From Octopus sinensis (taxonomy: Eukaryota), in assembly GCF_006345805.1 (NCBI RefSeq), contig NC_042999.1, forward strand, positions 108,252,001 to 108,316,000: DNA of 64,000 bases. The letters run 5' to 3'. Below are positions 25,946 through 44,078 of this stretch, in pieces. Below the pieces are notes generated by a model. That model had not been told where the DNA came from and ran no database searches. It saw nothing but the letters and a program-made list of their open reading frames with translations. Positions within the stretch are counted from its first letter, which is position 1, and each line of letters opens with the position of its first letter. The position numbers and the translations under genes are program-made.

Positions 25946-28168
25946 AGATAAATATTTGATAAGGGAATATAATTTTATTTTAGACAAGGATTTCTCATAT
26001 TTTAACTCTTGGTTCTGTGTAATATAGTTTGCACGAAAAAGTTATATCTATTGTCTCTTAAAATATGTTTGATATTTTAAATAATCATAGTTGGTGTTAT
26101 TCATTGCCTTCTATTGATCTTTGGCACATACTTAGTGAGCCAATATAAGTTTAGTTTCCTATCTATATAATGGTTTTAGTCTATGTGTGTGCACCAGTAC
26201 TTGCTACTTTGGTTTTTCAGTTAGTTATCTCTATTACTCATATTGCTGGTTATTTTAACCTCAGAGATTTCTTTTTGATCAAGAATTTCCTTCAGTTCCA
26301 CTCGGCAATTTACCAAAGATAACAGCTTGAAACTGCGAACCTTTCATTATATTAGATTAGCACCCAATTGCAATGTTCTGAAATAGCCAAAATATATTTA
26401 GAGAGATTTGTAGCAGAGTAAAAGATAATAAAGTTACATATCTTATAGTTACTGTTGAGTCAAACATAAAATTTTAAGTAAATATATTTTCTGTTGACAC
26501 CCATAACCTATTATCATTATTCAAATATGCTCATCTATTTTTAAGTTTCTTTTGGAGAATAAGGTGTCCTCACATCAATTTAAGCAAGTTTTCTAAATCA
26601 CTCATTTAATCTTCTTTGTTTCAATTCGGTATTCATTATTGACAGTAATAGTTTACCTGCTGGAAGTTTTGTGGGTTATAAATAAATCATTAAATGCATC
26701 ATAGAAATTAACTTCTTTTGAATTGGGAATCTAAACAGCTTTCAGAAATCAAAGATAATGTGTTGTGCAGTCGACAATGTGTTTCAAAATATCCTTGACA
26801 ATAACTTGAGCAGCAAGTTAACTTGCTGTATAGAGTGCTCACAGCCAGTTAAAAGTGAATAGATCAGATTATTTGATACTGAGAAAAAAATCAATAGGGA
26901 ACTGAGGAGAAAAAAAGTAAAAGGAATCAGTTTGGGAATATTGTGTGAAAAGAATGTGTATTGAGGCAAATCAAACAGTTGACTGACAGAAGGAATAGAT
27001 CTAACTGAAAGTCTTGATTTCTTTGATAAGTTTAATTCTCTTGTACTATTTTAGTACTTGCATTTGAATGTCAGCTGTTGATAATTTGCTCACAGAAAAT
27101 ACCTTATATCATTCCACTGATACAGGTGTTAAAGGTCAACATGATTGGTGTTTGTGACTAGTTGTTATGTGTTATAAATGGTTTCTACTTGGTGTTTGTT
27201 TAGATAAAATCTATCACAATTAATCAAATAGATTTAGTTCTTATCGGTATTGGAACAAAAATCATCAAGAAAGAAACAGTTTAAAATTCATTTTCAGGAA
27301 ATAAGGACAAAATTAGTAAGTTCTAGGAAATAATATATTTAGTCTTCCACTAATGATCTGAAGTAATCATTTTATCATATATACTTGACAGAATTTGCCC
27401 ATAACTGTAATCAGTGGTGTTAATAAAAGTAATTTAAATAACTAATTACTCACTTGTTTGTTTCCAATTACAAACACACACAATGTCTGTCTATTACACA
27501 TGAGACTGCATGAAGGTGAATCTGAAATATAGGGCAATAGATAGAAATTGCTTTTAAATCTTTAGTCAAATGAGAAAAATCTTATAGGGAAAATAACTGT
27601 AACATTGGAAAATGTCATTTAAATACTGTCTAAGAGAAAGAGTAAACTTCTTAATGTAACTAAATATAAGCCAATATAGAGAGGTGAAGAGAGAGATTGT
27701 GTATTGTTATTAGGAATAGCTTCTAAATCTACTTCAAAGAACACCTACCATCTTAAAACAGGTGTTTCACATTATATTATATATCCTAGATGCATTGTCC
27801 TGCACAACAGTTCTCAAACTTTTCTTCCAGCATACTCATTTGTAATGTCCAACAGTGTTGATATACCTCTTATGAAGAATATAGAATAAAATGGTTGAAT
27901 CTCTTTGAAAGAGAAAATAATGGATACCATTTTTAAAGGGCATAAAACAGACAATGTATAATTTGTTATTAATTATTATATTTGGAAGTCAAGATTCCCA
28001 AATAACATCTATGTCTAAGTTTGTTTTGTCCTTTAACTATAAAGATACTATTTATTAAGTCTAAGGGTGCATCATTGAAAAGAAGTTGGTATAGGGAGAA
28101 AATGAGATGCTCTTGGCTAGAACACCTTTTCCCTCACCCTTCCCAGTTTGCTTAAAGTACAAGAAGAC

Positions 28169-28356
28169 TATCTATCTATATGTATATATATATATATATT
28201 ATATGTAGTATGTATATATATATATATGTATGTATAGTATATATATATATGTATATATATATATAGATATATATATATATATTATATATTATATATATAT
28301 ATATATGTATGTTATATATATATATATAGATATATATGTAGTATATATATATATAT

Positions 28357-28401
<45 letters not shown>

Positions 28402-28492
28402 GATATATATATATATATAGATATATATATATATATATGTATATTATATGTATATATATATATATATATATGTATATATAGATATATATATG

Positions 28493-28585
<93 letters not shown>

Positions 28586-28587
28586 GT

Positions 28588-28625
<38 letters not shown>

Positions 28626-28678
28626 ATATATGTATATATATATATATATAATATGTATATATATATATATATATGATA

Positions 28679-28764
<86 letters not shown>

Positions 28765-28866
28765 GATATATATGTATATATGTATATATATGTATGTATA
28801 TATATATATATATATATATATGTTATATATATATTATATATATAATATATATATATATAGATATAG

Positions 28867-28901
<35 letters not shown>

Positions 28902-29090
28902 GATATATATATATATTATATATATTATATATATAGATATATATATTATATATATAGATATATATATAGATAATATATATATATTGTATATATATATATA
29001 TATATATATATAGATATATTATATATATATATGTTATATATATATAATATATATATATATATAATAATATATATATATATATATATATAT

Positions 29091-29128
<38 letters not shown>

Positions 29129-29135
29129 TATATAG

Positions 29136-29219
<84 letters not shown>

Positions 29220-29230
29220 ATATATGTATG

Positions 29231-29273
<43 letters not shown>

Positions 29274-29287
29274 TATATGTATGTATG

Positions 29288-29344
<57 letters not shown>

Positions 29345-29369
29345 GTATATATATATGTATATATATATG

Positions 29370-29434
<65 letters not shown>

Positions 29435-29500
29435 ATATATAATATATTATATATATTATATAATATATATATATATATATATGTATCTATATATATATAC

Positions 29501-29554
<54 letters not shown>

Positions 29555-29613
29555 TGTTATATATATGTATATATTATATATGTATATATATATGTATATA
29601 TATATGTATAATA

Positions 29614-29700
<87 letters not shown>

Positions 29701-29720
29701 ATATAATATATATATATATA
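28169..29720. repeat. ~1.55-kb imperfect (TA)n array
   Basis: Direct observation; source of poly-IY ORFs. Confidence 0.95.
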
Positions 29721-31373
29721 CTTTGATACTTTGATACTTGATAGGTTTCGGCCATTATTGGCCCAGGCCATGTCTAACTTAATAGCACCACCTGGTGAAG
29801 TCTTTCAAGTCAGAATTTGGGCACTATGGCCCACTCAAGTAGAGAGTTATTGTTTACAGAGACATATCCGGGTGTAGGGGGTTTATCCGGGATTTCTTGA
29901 AGGAATCTGTCCAAAGACTTCTTGAACCCTATAGGGTCAGTTTCTGTTTTAATGCGTTTTGGTGTAATGTTAAAGAGAGCGGGGCCAATTGAGGTGAATA
30001 ATTGTGCCGTATTGTTGTTATGAGATGAGAGTGCGATTTTTGTTTTGGGCGGATGGCACGGGGCCCAAGCCTTGGATGTACCTTAAAGGTGATGCCAAAA
30101 TCATTTGGGCAATGCTGATGGAATATTTTCCACATCATGCAGATGATGTAGCGCTCACGACGACGTTGGAGAGAATAGAGTTTTAGCTTTTCTAGTCGAC
30201 CCAATAGTCGAGCCTGTCATGCCATCTATCTTTTTGTGATTGCCCTTTGAGGTGCTTCGACTTTTATGATACCTTGTATTGTGTGGGGAGACCACAGTGG
30301 ACAACAGTATTCAAGGTGGGGTCGGGCAAAAGTGGAGAAGAGAAGGATAATGGTGTGGATATCTCTCGACTGGAAAGTTCTGAGAATCCAGGAACACATT
30401 CTGCGGGCCATGTCAACTTTGGTGTTTATATGAGTGGCCCAGCTTACGTTGTTGTCCACAATTACTCCCAAGTCTCTGATGTTGTTGGACGCCGTGAGAG
30501 TTTCACCTGAAGGAAGGGAGTATGGGAGTTTCAGGGCATCCTCTTTTCCAAAGTGGATTAGCTCAAATTTATCCTCGTTCAGCAGCATATTGTTTTTTTC
30601 TGCCCATTGGATAACAGCCAGTAGATCTGACTGAAGGCATGTCCGGTCACTCGCCTCATTTATGACCTTCTGTAGCTTGGAGTCATCTGCAAAGATTTTT
30701 AGGTTGCTGTGCTTGATGATGTCATTAATGTCATTAATGTAAATGATGAAAAGAAGTGGGCCCAGCACAGTGCCTTGCGGAACGCCACTACTGACTTTGG
30801 CTGGGCTTGATTTTACCCCTTCAACTACAACATGTTGAGATCTGTCTGTCAGGAAACACTTAATCCATTTCAGTAACTTTCCAGAGACACCAATGTTGGA
30901 TAGTTTTTTCAATAGGATCTTGTGATCGACCCTGTCGAAGGCCTTACTGAAATCAAGGTAGATGACATCGGTGTTGGAGCCCTCTCCCAAAGCTCTCAAA
31001 ATGTCCTCAAAGTGATGCAGGAGCTGCGTTAGGCAGTCCCTTCCATTACGGAACCCATGTTGGTTGGAGATCAGCCGTCTGTTGCTTTCCAGAAATTGGG
31101 TTATTTGAGATCTCACCACCCTCTCAAATACCTTGATGATATGAGAGGTGAGTGAGATCGGACGGTAATTCACTGCAAGGGACTTGTTTCCCTTTTTGAA
31201 AACTGGGACAACAGACTGGGACAGAAGGTTTTTTGGAATATAGCCAGCATCCAGTGAGTTTCTCCACAGATTAGCAAGGGGAGATGCAAGTTGGTGTCGA
31301 CACACCTTCAGGACACAAGCAGGGAACCTATCGGGGCCTACTGCTGAATTGTTTTTATTTCGTTTATCGCCGC
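29721..31373 (-). mobile_element. 5'-truncated CR1-type non-LTR retrotransposon inserted in the (TA)n array
   Basis: RT motifs YRPISLTS, QHGFR, YLDFSKAFD, GVPQGTVLGPLLF, FADD, RPHLEYCCPLWSP, LKLYSLQRRRER; short tandem tail caagtatcaaagtatcaaag; ggcc-aataat-ggcc stem-loop in the 3' UTR. Confidence 0.92.
29810..31373 (-). pseudogene. Reverse transcriptase (LINE ORF2 C-terminal half), broken only by single-base homopolymer deletions
   Basis: ORFs 30226-31404 and 29929-30204 plus a shifted C-terminus ...FKKSLDRFLQEIPDKPPTPGY...EWAIVPKF* (stop at 29810-29812). Confidence 0.88.
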
Positions 31374-36543
<5,170 letters not shown>

Positions 36544-37224
36544 AAATAAGGCAGATATATATGTAAGACTAAAATGTTGACAGATAGGTTTTGTAGAAGC
36601 AAACAAGGAATATTAAGGAGCTTCATTAACTAGAGTAGTCTGCTCAGTTGGGGCTAAACTCAAGCCAAACTATAAAAACAAGCCAATAAAGTGATAATCA
36701 ATTTTGGCTATCAATTACACTATATTTCCAATAACTTATTCTGCTTCTCAAGTAAATAGAAATTCAATACCATTTGTATTGAGGTGAGAGAAGATTTACT
36801 TCAGTGTTTATTTCTAATGAAAGATATTAAAAAAAAACAAAAAAAACATACAGTAGTTACATTACTTATAAAACGAAGTCATGTGATTGTATGATATCAT
36901 TAAATGTGATTACTAAATTTCTGTGCTGAACTATGTATTAATTGGTAGTTTTCTGTTATGAACTAGTAGAATTCATTTTTATTGGAAAGTACACTAACAC
37001 CTCTTTCCTCAATTTAACTTGCTTGAAATAGAAACCATTCCACATTCATAATGAAACATTGTTTGGGGAATAAGGCACACCCATCAATTATTTATACTTA
37101 AGACAGTATTCAAAGGAAAGCCAATTATTTTTTGATGGCTGTTTAAACTCCTGCCAAATACACTTATTTAACTGTTGTAGTATTTTATTTTAGTTTGATT
37201 TAAAGGCATTTTAGTTAATAGCTG

Positions 37225-37746
37225 GGTCTCTACCTGAGACCTAAGACTAGTAACTATGTTATTATGATAGGAATTTTCTCAAGAGATGGACTGCAATCTT
37301 TTGAATGTCATGTATATTTGATTTTCTAGGTAATTTTATCAATGAAGATTGAAGACCCTTTTTTAACCATACCTAGGACTCCCACTTCTACTGGTAGAAT
37401 AGTAGTAGGAGCACTGTTTTCAGTTCCCATAATATGCTGATTCCTATCTCTAAGTCCTTGTATTTAACTGACTTTTTGAATTCTTTGGCTGAGATATTTC
37501 AATCAGCTGGTCCGGTCATTTCTATTAGATAGCAGGCATTTTGTTGATGTTCTTTAATAATAACATCAGATTTATAGGCATTTATCTGTCTGCTTGAATG
37601 GCTGGTAAAATCTCACAGAATAGTAACTCTAATACCCTCTGTGATTAGTCCTGGATATTGTTCATACCAGTTTTTAAAGAAGGGGAGTGTCATAATGTCA
37701 ATAGATTTTCCAATGAAGCTACTGCCCTATTCACTCATATCTGGTT

Positions 37747-37748
<2 letters not shown>
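37225..37748 (-). mobile_element. Decayed R4/Dong-like RLE LINE, 3' part (restriction-like endonuclease)
   Basis: Minus strand reads KTRYE*IGQ*LHWKI...NWYEQYP...TIL*DF...NAYKSDVIIK...YLIEMTGP...AKEFKKSVKYKDLEI...VGVLGMVKKG. Confidence 0.75.
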
Positions 37749-37778
<30 letters not shown>

Positions 37779-37927
37779 TGTTTAACGTCCGTTTTCCGTG
37801 CTAGCACGGGTTTGGACTGTTCGACCGGGGTCTGGGAAGCCAGGGGCTGCACCAGACTCCGGTCTGATCTGGCAGTGTTTCTACAGCTGGATGCCCTTCC
37901 TAACGCCAACCACTCTGCGAGTGTAGT

Positions 37928-38220
37928 GGGTGCTTTTTACGTGCCACCGGCACAGGTGCCAAGGGAGTCTGGCATCGGCCATGATCGGTTGGTGTTTTTA
38001 ACGTGCCACCGGCATGGAAGCCAGCCAAGGCGACACTGGCATCAGCCACGTTCAGATGGTGCTTTTTATGTACCACTGGCACAGAAGCCAGTCGAGGCAG
38101 TGCTGGCATCGGCCACGTTCAGATGGTGCTTTTTATGTGCCACTGGCACAGAAGCCAGTCGAGGCGGCGCTGGCAATGGCCATGTTCGGATGGTGCTTTT
38201 TATGTGCCACCGGCACAGGT
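37928..38220 (-). repeat. 67-bp GC-rich tandem repeat (~4.4 copies) in the RTE 3' UTR
   Basis: 'tggtg' unit starts at 37990, 38057, 38124 and 38191 (67-bp period), plus a shorter unit at 37928. Confidence 0.92.
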
Positions 38221-38397
38221 ATCACAACTACTATTTCCATTAATATTTATTTCGATGTTCATGTACTTGACTCAACAGGTCTCCTCAAGCACAGCGGATG
38301 TTCTGGAATCCAAGGTACTTTGAATGGGCAGGGGCTATGCGGAGCTGGTGCAAGAAGCAGCCCGGGTCTTTGCAGTCACAGCATATCTCCAGAGATC

Positions 38398-40486
38398 TCA
38401 GTCCTTCGCCATTGCCTCAGTGAGACCCAACATTCTGAGGTCATGCTTGACTACCTCATCCCATGTCTTCCTGGGTCTACCTCTCCTCCTGATACCTTCA
38501 ACTGTTTGGGAGCGGCACTTCTTCACACATCCCTCCTCATCCATCTGCAGTACATGACCATACCATCGCAAGCGTCGCTCTTGCACACCACATCTGATGC
38601 TTCTTATGTCCAGCATTTCTCTCAGGGTGCTTACCCTCTGTCGTGCGCACACACTGACATTACACATCCAGCAGATCATGCTAGCTTCATTTCTTTCAAG
38701 TCTACGCATGTCCTCTGCAGTCACGGCCCATGTTTCACTACCGTGAAGCATGGCAGTTCGCACACATGCATCATACAATCTACCTTTCACTCTGAGTGAG
38801 AGACCCTTTGTCGCCAGTAGGGGTAGGAGCTTTCTAAACTTTGCCCAGGCTATTCGTATTCTAGTGGTGACACTCTCTGAGCATCCAACTCCACTACTAA
38901 CTTGGTCACCCAGGTAGCGGAAACTATCAACTACTTCTAGTTTCTCCCCCTGGAGTGTGATGGAATCTGTTTTCTGAGTATCTGTGGTGTCTATTGTCCC
39001 TGTGCATCTGCCGCACATGAAAGCTATCTTATCAGTTAATTTCCCTTTGATGTTGCTGTACCTCTTATGCGTCCATAGCTTACACTGGGTGCATCTTATG
39101 GAGTTTCTACCTACACCTTTCCTACAGATCGAGCAGGGCCACCTGCCCGAGGGTGTGTGTGCTGAGTTCGCCTTTCTGCTTACTATAACTTTGGTCTTTG
39201 CTACATTTACTCTAAGGCCCTTTGATTCTAACCCTTGCTTCCACACCCAAAATTTCTTTTCTAGTTCCGGTAGTGATTCTGCTATGAGAGCCAGGTCATC
39301 AGCATAAAGGAGCTCCCAGGGGCAACCTGTTTTGAATTCCTTTGTTATTGCCTGGAGGACTATGATGAATAAAAGGGGACTGAGGGCTGAGCCTTGGTGT
39401 ACACCTACTTCTACCCGAAATTCTTCACTATATTCATTGCCAATCCTAACCTTGCTGACAGCCTCTCTGTATAGGGCCTGTACAGCCCTTATTAGCCATT
39501 CATCAATATCCAGTCTCTGCATCGACCACTAGATAAGGGATCGGGGGACCCTGTCAAAGGCTTTCTCCAAGTCCACAAAAGCTATGTAGAGGGGTTTATC
39601 TTTAGCTAGGTACTTCTCCTGCAGTTGTCGGACCAGGAATATAGCATCAGTGGTGCTTCTACCCAGCACAAAACTGAACTGCATCTCATCTAAGCAAATT
39701 CTCTCCCTAATGAGATGGGTTATGACCCTCTCTGTGACCTTCATCACCTGATCCAACAGTTTAATACCCCTGTAATTATTTCTATCTAGAGCATCACCCT
39801 TACCCTTGTAGCAGTTGACTATGGTGCTGCTACGCCAGTCATTGGGTATGACTCCATTATGAACTACCTGGTTTACAATGTGGGTGACTAGACCATAGCC
39901 CACATAACCAGCTGTTTTAAGCTGTTTTAAGCATCTCAGCAGTGATTCCTGATGGGCCAAGGGCTTTACCTGGTTTCATACCCTTAATTGCTTTAACTAC
40001 AAGGGAGCTGTCTATTCAGATAGCTGATCCTTCTACTGGGTCAACATTTGGCAGGCTCTCCTCCTCCCATTCATTCTGCACATTCAGCAGTCTTTCATAA
40101 TGGCTTCTCCAAGCCTCTTTCTTTTCACCAACATTAAAAGCAAGTGCTCCATCATCCATGCGGACACATTTCTCTCCTGTAACATCAATATTTTCTCTCA
40201 CACACAGTCTAGCAATCCGAAATACCTCAGTTCTTTGGTCCTCATGTCGCTGGACATTGGCAAACTTCTTCTTCTTTTCTGCTACATCTTTGGCTATGTA
40301 TACCTGCTGCCCAGCCTCCCTTTTGGCTACCTGGTACAGTTCCCTGCTACCCCCATCCCTCCAGGCTTTCCAGGCCTGTTTCTTTGCACTAATGGCTTTG
40401 TCTACTGCACTATTCCACCACCACGTAACTCTAGGTCTGGAAGGGACTTTGCACCATCCACAGACTTGGTCTGTGACACTCAGCAA
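38398..40486 (-). pseudogene. RTE reverse transcriptase, frameshifted, with internal PHD-like Cys/His finger
   Basis: YADD at 39295-39306; CxxC..CxxC..HxxY..CxxC at 39004-39135. Confidence 0.88.
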
Positions 40487-40575
40487 GCTGTCCCGTAGGA
40501 ATTTCCAGCTACCTTCTATGTCCGACGTCTGTAGCTCCTCCTCCCTCTCATCAAATTTCTTGATGAGGATGTCCC

Positions 40576-41005
40576 TACTCAGTTATTATGAGCTTAGAGT
40601 AGCCAGCCACAATGTGTTCGATGGCTTCAGTACTATTATCACATAGTCTAAAGTTTGGGTCAGCACCATTTTGGAGAACATTTACTTGGTAGTTTGTTTA
40701 TCCTGAGCTGCTATTATAAAACCTTCAATTTTTGCCTTTAGACCTGAACTGCACACCCACTGATATTAATTTCCTTTATATCTGCTTCCCTTGTTTGCTT
40801 GGGATACTGACCATGAAGCAGTTTCTCTTGCCTGTTTATTTATAAGCTTTTTCAGGTCTTCTTTTTTGTGGCTTTATGTTTGTTTTGTTTTACTGCTTCT
40901 GTTAGCATTGCAGCTTTGGCATTAATCATTTACATCTAAATTTAGTTCTAGTTTATACTTCTGTATGGAGCTTTTAGTTCCCTTTGAGATAACTTAATAG
41001 CTGTG
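40576..41005 (-). mobile_element. Decayed R4/Dong-like RLE LINE, upstream part (CCHC region)
   Basis: Minus strand reads WQEKLLHGQYP...SSGLKAKIEGFIIAAQD...ADPNFRLCDNSTEAIEHIVAGYSKLIITEY and joins KTRY.. at 37748. Confidence 0.78.
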
Positions 41006-41009
41006 TCAA

Positions 41010-41225
41010 TTATTATTATTATTATTATTATTGAGTGAGAGAGGAGTGAATGCAATCAAAGTGATGCTGCAGTAAAGTATATGAAGCCTAGTATACTAAT
41101 CATGGCTACCTGTCTGATAAGGATACACCAGGCACATGCATCACAACCACATGTGTGCAGCATGGTGATCTCATATCAAGATAAACAATGCATGACCTTG
41201 CAGGTGGGGTCCAGTTAGAATTTTC
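41010..41225 (-). repeat. Unclassified interspersed repeat with (AAT)n tail (second partial copy at ~57301-57405)
   Basis: Shared 'ttattattgagtgagaga..gtg.atgc.atcaaagtga..ctg..gtaaa' at both loci. Confidence 0.65.
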
Positions 41226-41807
41226 GTCACATCAATTAGCTGGTGGTGGTGGTGGTAGTGGTGTGTGCCTGTTTGTCTTATTAAAAACAGTAAATCCAAT
41301 AAAATAAATCTTGGTTCATCAGAGGATACATCATGCACTAAGGCCTTATATGGATGTAGAAGCATAGACAGGCAGATAAATGAAGTGATGGTGATGATTA
41401 TACTTGTGTGCAAAAGAGAGATGTGATGATGATGGTGGTGATGATCAAGGTGCTGTTGTTTGTGGTGAAGGCTGGTGTAATGGAAATGAAGTTAAATAAA
41501 GATGATCATTATCATCTATAGAGGTTGACTTGGCCCAAAGCTCTTGTGGAACACACAAGCCTATGGTGCTGTTAAGTGTGATTGAACTGTGTGGTTAAGC
41601 AGTTCAGTCACACTTAGCCACACAGCTATGCCTGCATCCAGCTTTGAGGAGAAAGAGCGAAAGAAAATTTTCAACTCATTAAATAAAACTAATATATTTC
41701 AATAGTTAGCTTTTATTTTCAAAGCAGCCAAAGGAATAAGAGTGAAAATTAATTATACTTAATCAGTATTTAAGTAATTGTATATTCTTTGACAGACCCT
41801 TTCTGCT

Positions 41808-41978
41808 TTAACACTCTGGGATACCAACCTGCTCGAGACCACCCCTGGTTCTTCTGTGTTAACTTATATTCCAAAATCCAGCTTAATAATTACAAAATTA
41901 TTTTACTAAATTCTTTGAAATCTCCAACATGAATTGAAATGAAGTGTTTAATACAGTTTAATACAGCTAAATGGTTAA
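41808..41978. mobile_element. Possible TTAA-bounded (piggyBac-type) MITE remnant
   Basis: Begins ttaacac.. and ends ..atggttaa; termini degenerate. Confidence 0.3.
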
Positions 41979-42356
41979 ACCATTCAATGGGCAATCTGCA
42001 GCACACAGGACTTTCTGAATGGTCTGCCAATTAAAAATTACCTTCAATTTTTTTAGTAGCACAAATTCCCTGATAATGAACCATGTCACATCATCAGAGG
42101 GTTTTCAAAACTTTCCATTAAAATTTCATGTTAACTTATATTTCAAAATCCAGCTTAATAATTACAAAATTATTTTAGTAAATTCTTTGAAATCTCCAAA
42201 ATTAATTGAAACGAAGTGTATTTTAATAGAACAAAAAGGTTAAACCAGTCCATGGGTAAACTGCAGCACACAGAACTTTCTGAATGGTTTGACAATGAAA
42301 AATTACCTTCAATTTTTTTGGTAGTGCAAGCATACTGATGATGATCCATGTCTCAT
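41857..42356 (+). repeat. Diverged ~272-bp tandem duplication
   Basis: 'tgttaacttatatt.caaaatccagcttaataattacaaaattatttta' at 41857 and 42129; homology continues through 'ctgcagcacacag.actttctgaatgg' and 'ccatgtc.cat'. Confidence 0.88.
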
Positions 42357-43031
42357 GTGGTCTGCTTCTCAAAAACGGTTACCTGGGTTAAATCAATAAT
42401 CTGTGGAAGAATTTTGGTATACAGATACTGTTTTGCATATATTCATCTACCTCAGTGCCATTATCATAACAGTGGTTGACTTTGCTCAGCTGCCTTGTGA
42501 TGTCTATAAACTTTATCGAACACTTATACATTGTCTACCATGTCAGAACATCATTAAATTATATCTGAAGAAATATAAGTATAGCATGTAACGAAGTGTT
42601 AGATCTTAGTCATAAAGTGACAAAAGTTCACTACTATCTTTGACAATCTTACTTACTAAAGTGGACATTATTTTCTTCTCACCACCCATTTTAACAATTT
42701 TCATTCATGTATACGACATTAATGAATTAACATAAAAATTCTTGAGGAAACTATGTACAACATACATCATAGAGCATATGATTTAATTAACTCAACATAA
42801 GAAAGTGTTTCTAGTCTTGCTCTAAAAGAATTAGAGTTGGATTATAACTTTATTTTTATTAGTTTGTCTGGAGTTGTGATGATAAACTTGTGATGCACCA
42901 TGGGGTTCTATGTTAGAGTAAGGTTAGGAAAACTGTATGTAAACTTAAATAAAGTTCTATTTCAAACATTTTTTAAAATTTCTGTTGAGCACCTGAACAT
43001 AGTATACAATAAGCCAATTATTATTATATTA

Positions 43032-43245
43032 AAGGTGGTGAGCTGCCTAAATCATTATCACTCCGGACAAAATGCTTAGTAGCAGTTTTTCCAGTTTTTC
43101 ATTTTGAGTTCAAATTCCGCCAAGGTCAACTTTGCTTTTCATTCTTTTGGGATTGATAAAATAAATATCAGTTGATCACTAGGATTGATGTAATCAACTA
43201 ACCCCCCTCTTCCCAAATATCAGGCCTTTTACCTATAGTAGAAGA
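43032..43245 (+). mobile_element. Family-B SINE
   Basis: aaggtggtgagctg head, gagttcaaattcc B box, conserved core. Confidence 0.8.
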
Positions 43246-43872
43246 AAAGGATCATTATTATTAAATAATGAACCAATGAAGGAGCTTCTATGCAATGACT
43301 CCACCAGTTCAAGTTAACTACCAAATTACCTTCAAATCACATCCTACTGTCATGGGGAAAAGGGAAGCACAGAATGGATAATTTAGTTCCACACTTACTT
43401 ATGTGTCTGGATAAATGACTGGATGGTTATTGCAGGAATGCTTTGAGCCAAGGTCTTCTGTTAAGCTTGACCTGGGGCCAAACAACAACAGAGCAAAAAT
43501 TTAAATTATCAACTTTATCCCTAGCACTTAGAGATCATGATTACAGCAAATGTCTGAACTTACTGTGCTTATAGCACAAACAATATGTGAATAGATGGAA
43601 AGAAACAGTAAAACTCCCACTCACACAGTGTTTTTCGTAAGAAGTACCAGACCCCATTTGGGTGGAACTGTAAAACTTGAAATATGGGCAAAGAAATAGC
43701 CATGCTTAATAAAATTAAAGTAAATCCCAACTTTGTGAACATGTCCAACACCATGGGTGAATGAAGAATTATATAGATTTGAATTTTAGTTTGTCTTCTC
43801 ATTAATAAAGTGGGGGTGGAGATAAAATTTTCATTTATAAATTGGGAAGGATTGGTAGATGTATGTCAGCTT

Positions 43873-44078
43873 GAAGGCGGCGAGCTGGCAGAAATTTTAG
43901 CACGCCTGGTGAAATGCTTAGCGATATTTCGTTTGTCTTTATGTCCTGGGTTCAAATTCCACTGAGGTTGACTTACCCTTTCATCCTTTCGGAGTCAATA
44001 AATTAAGTACCAGTTGCGTACTGATGTCAATCTAATCAACTGCCCCCTTCTCCCAAAATTTCAGGCCTTGTCCCTATA
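43873..44078 (+). mobile_element. Family-B SINE (best-preserved copy)
   Basis: gaaggcggcgagctggcagaa, ggttcaaattcc B box, cctttcatcctttcggagtcaataaattaagtaccag core. Confidence 0.85.

Larger units (their letters stand above)
37749..40575 (-). mobile_element. 5'-truncated RTE-clade LINE with (GAT)n tail
   Basis: ORF pieces 40016-40486, 39529-39960, 38398-39522 with NYRGIKLL, FVDLEKAFDRVPR, GVHQGSALSPLLF, YADD, RRLRWYGHV, GRPRKTW; (cat)n at 37749-37778. Confidence 0.93.

Noticed and set aside
29740-29775. CUG-ggcc-aauaau-ggcc-GAAAC in the CR1 3' UTR as a hammerhead
   Set aside because: CUGANGA box absent; better explained as the LINE 3' recognition stem-loop
37928-38220. Regularly spaced palindromic repeats resembling a CRISPR array
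   Set aside because: Inter-repeat segments are similar to each other (tandem repeat), the context is a eukaryotic LINE 3' UTR, and there are no cas genes
37641-38799. Plus-strand ORFs of 200 and 261 aa
   Set aside because: Antisense to the RTE ORF/3' UTR; repetitive translation with no independent protein signature
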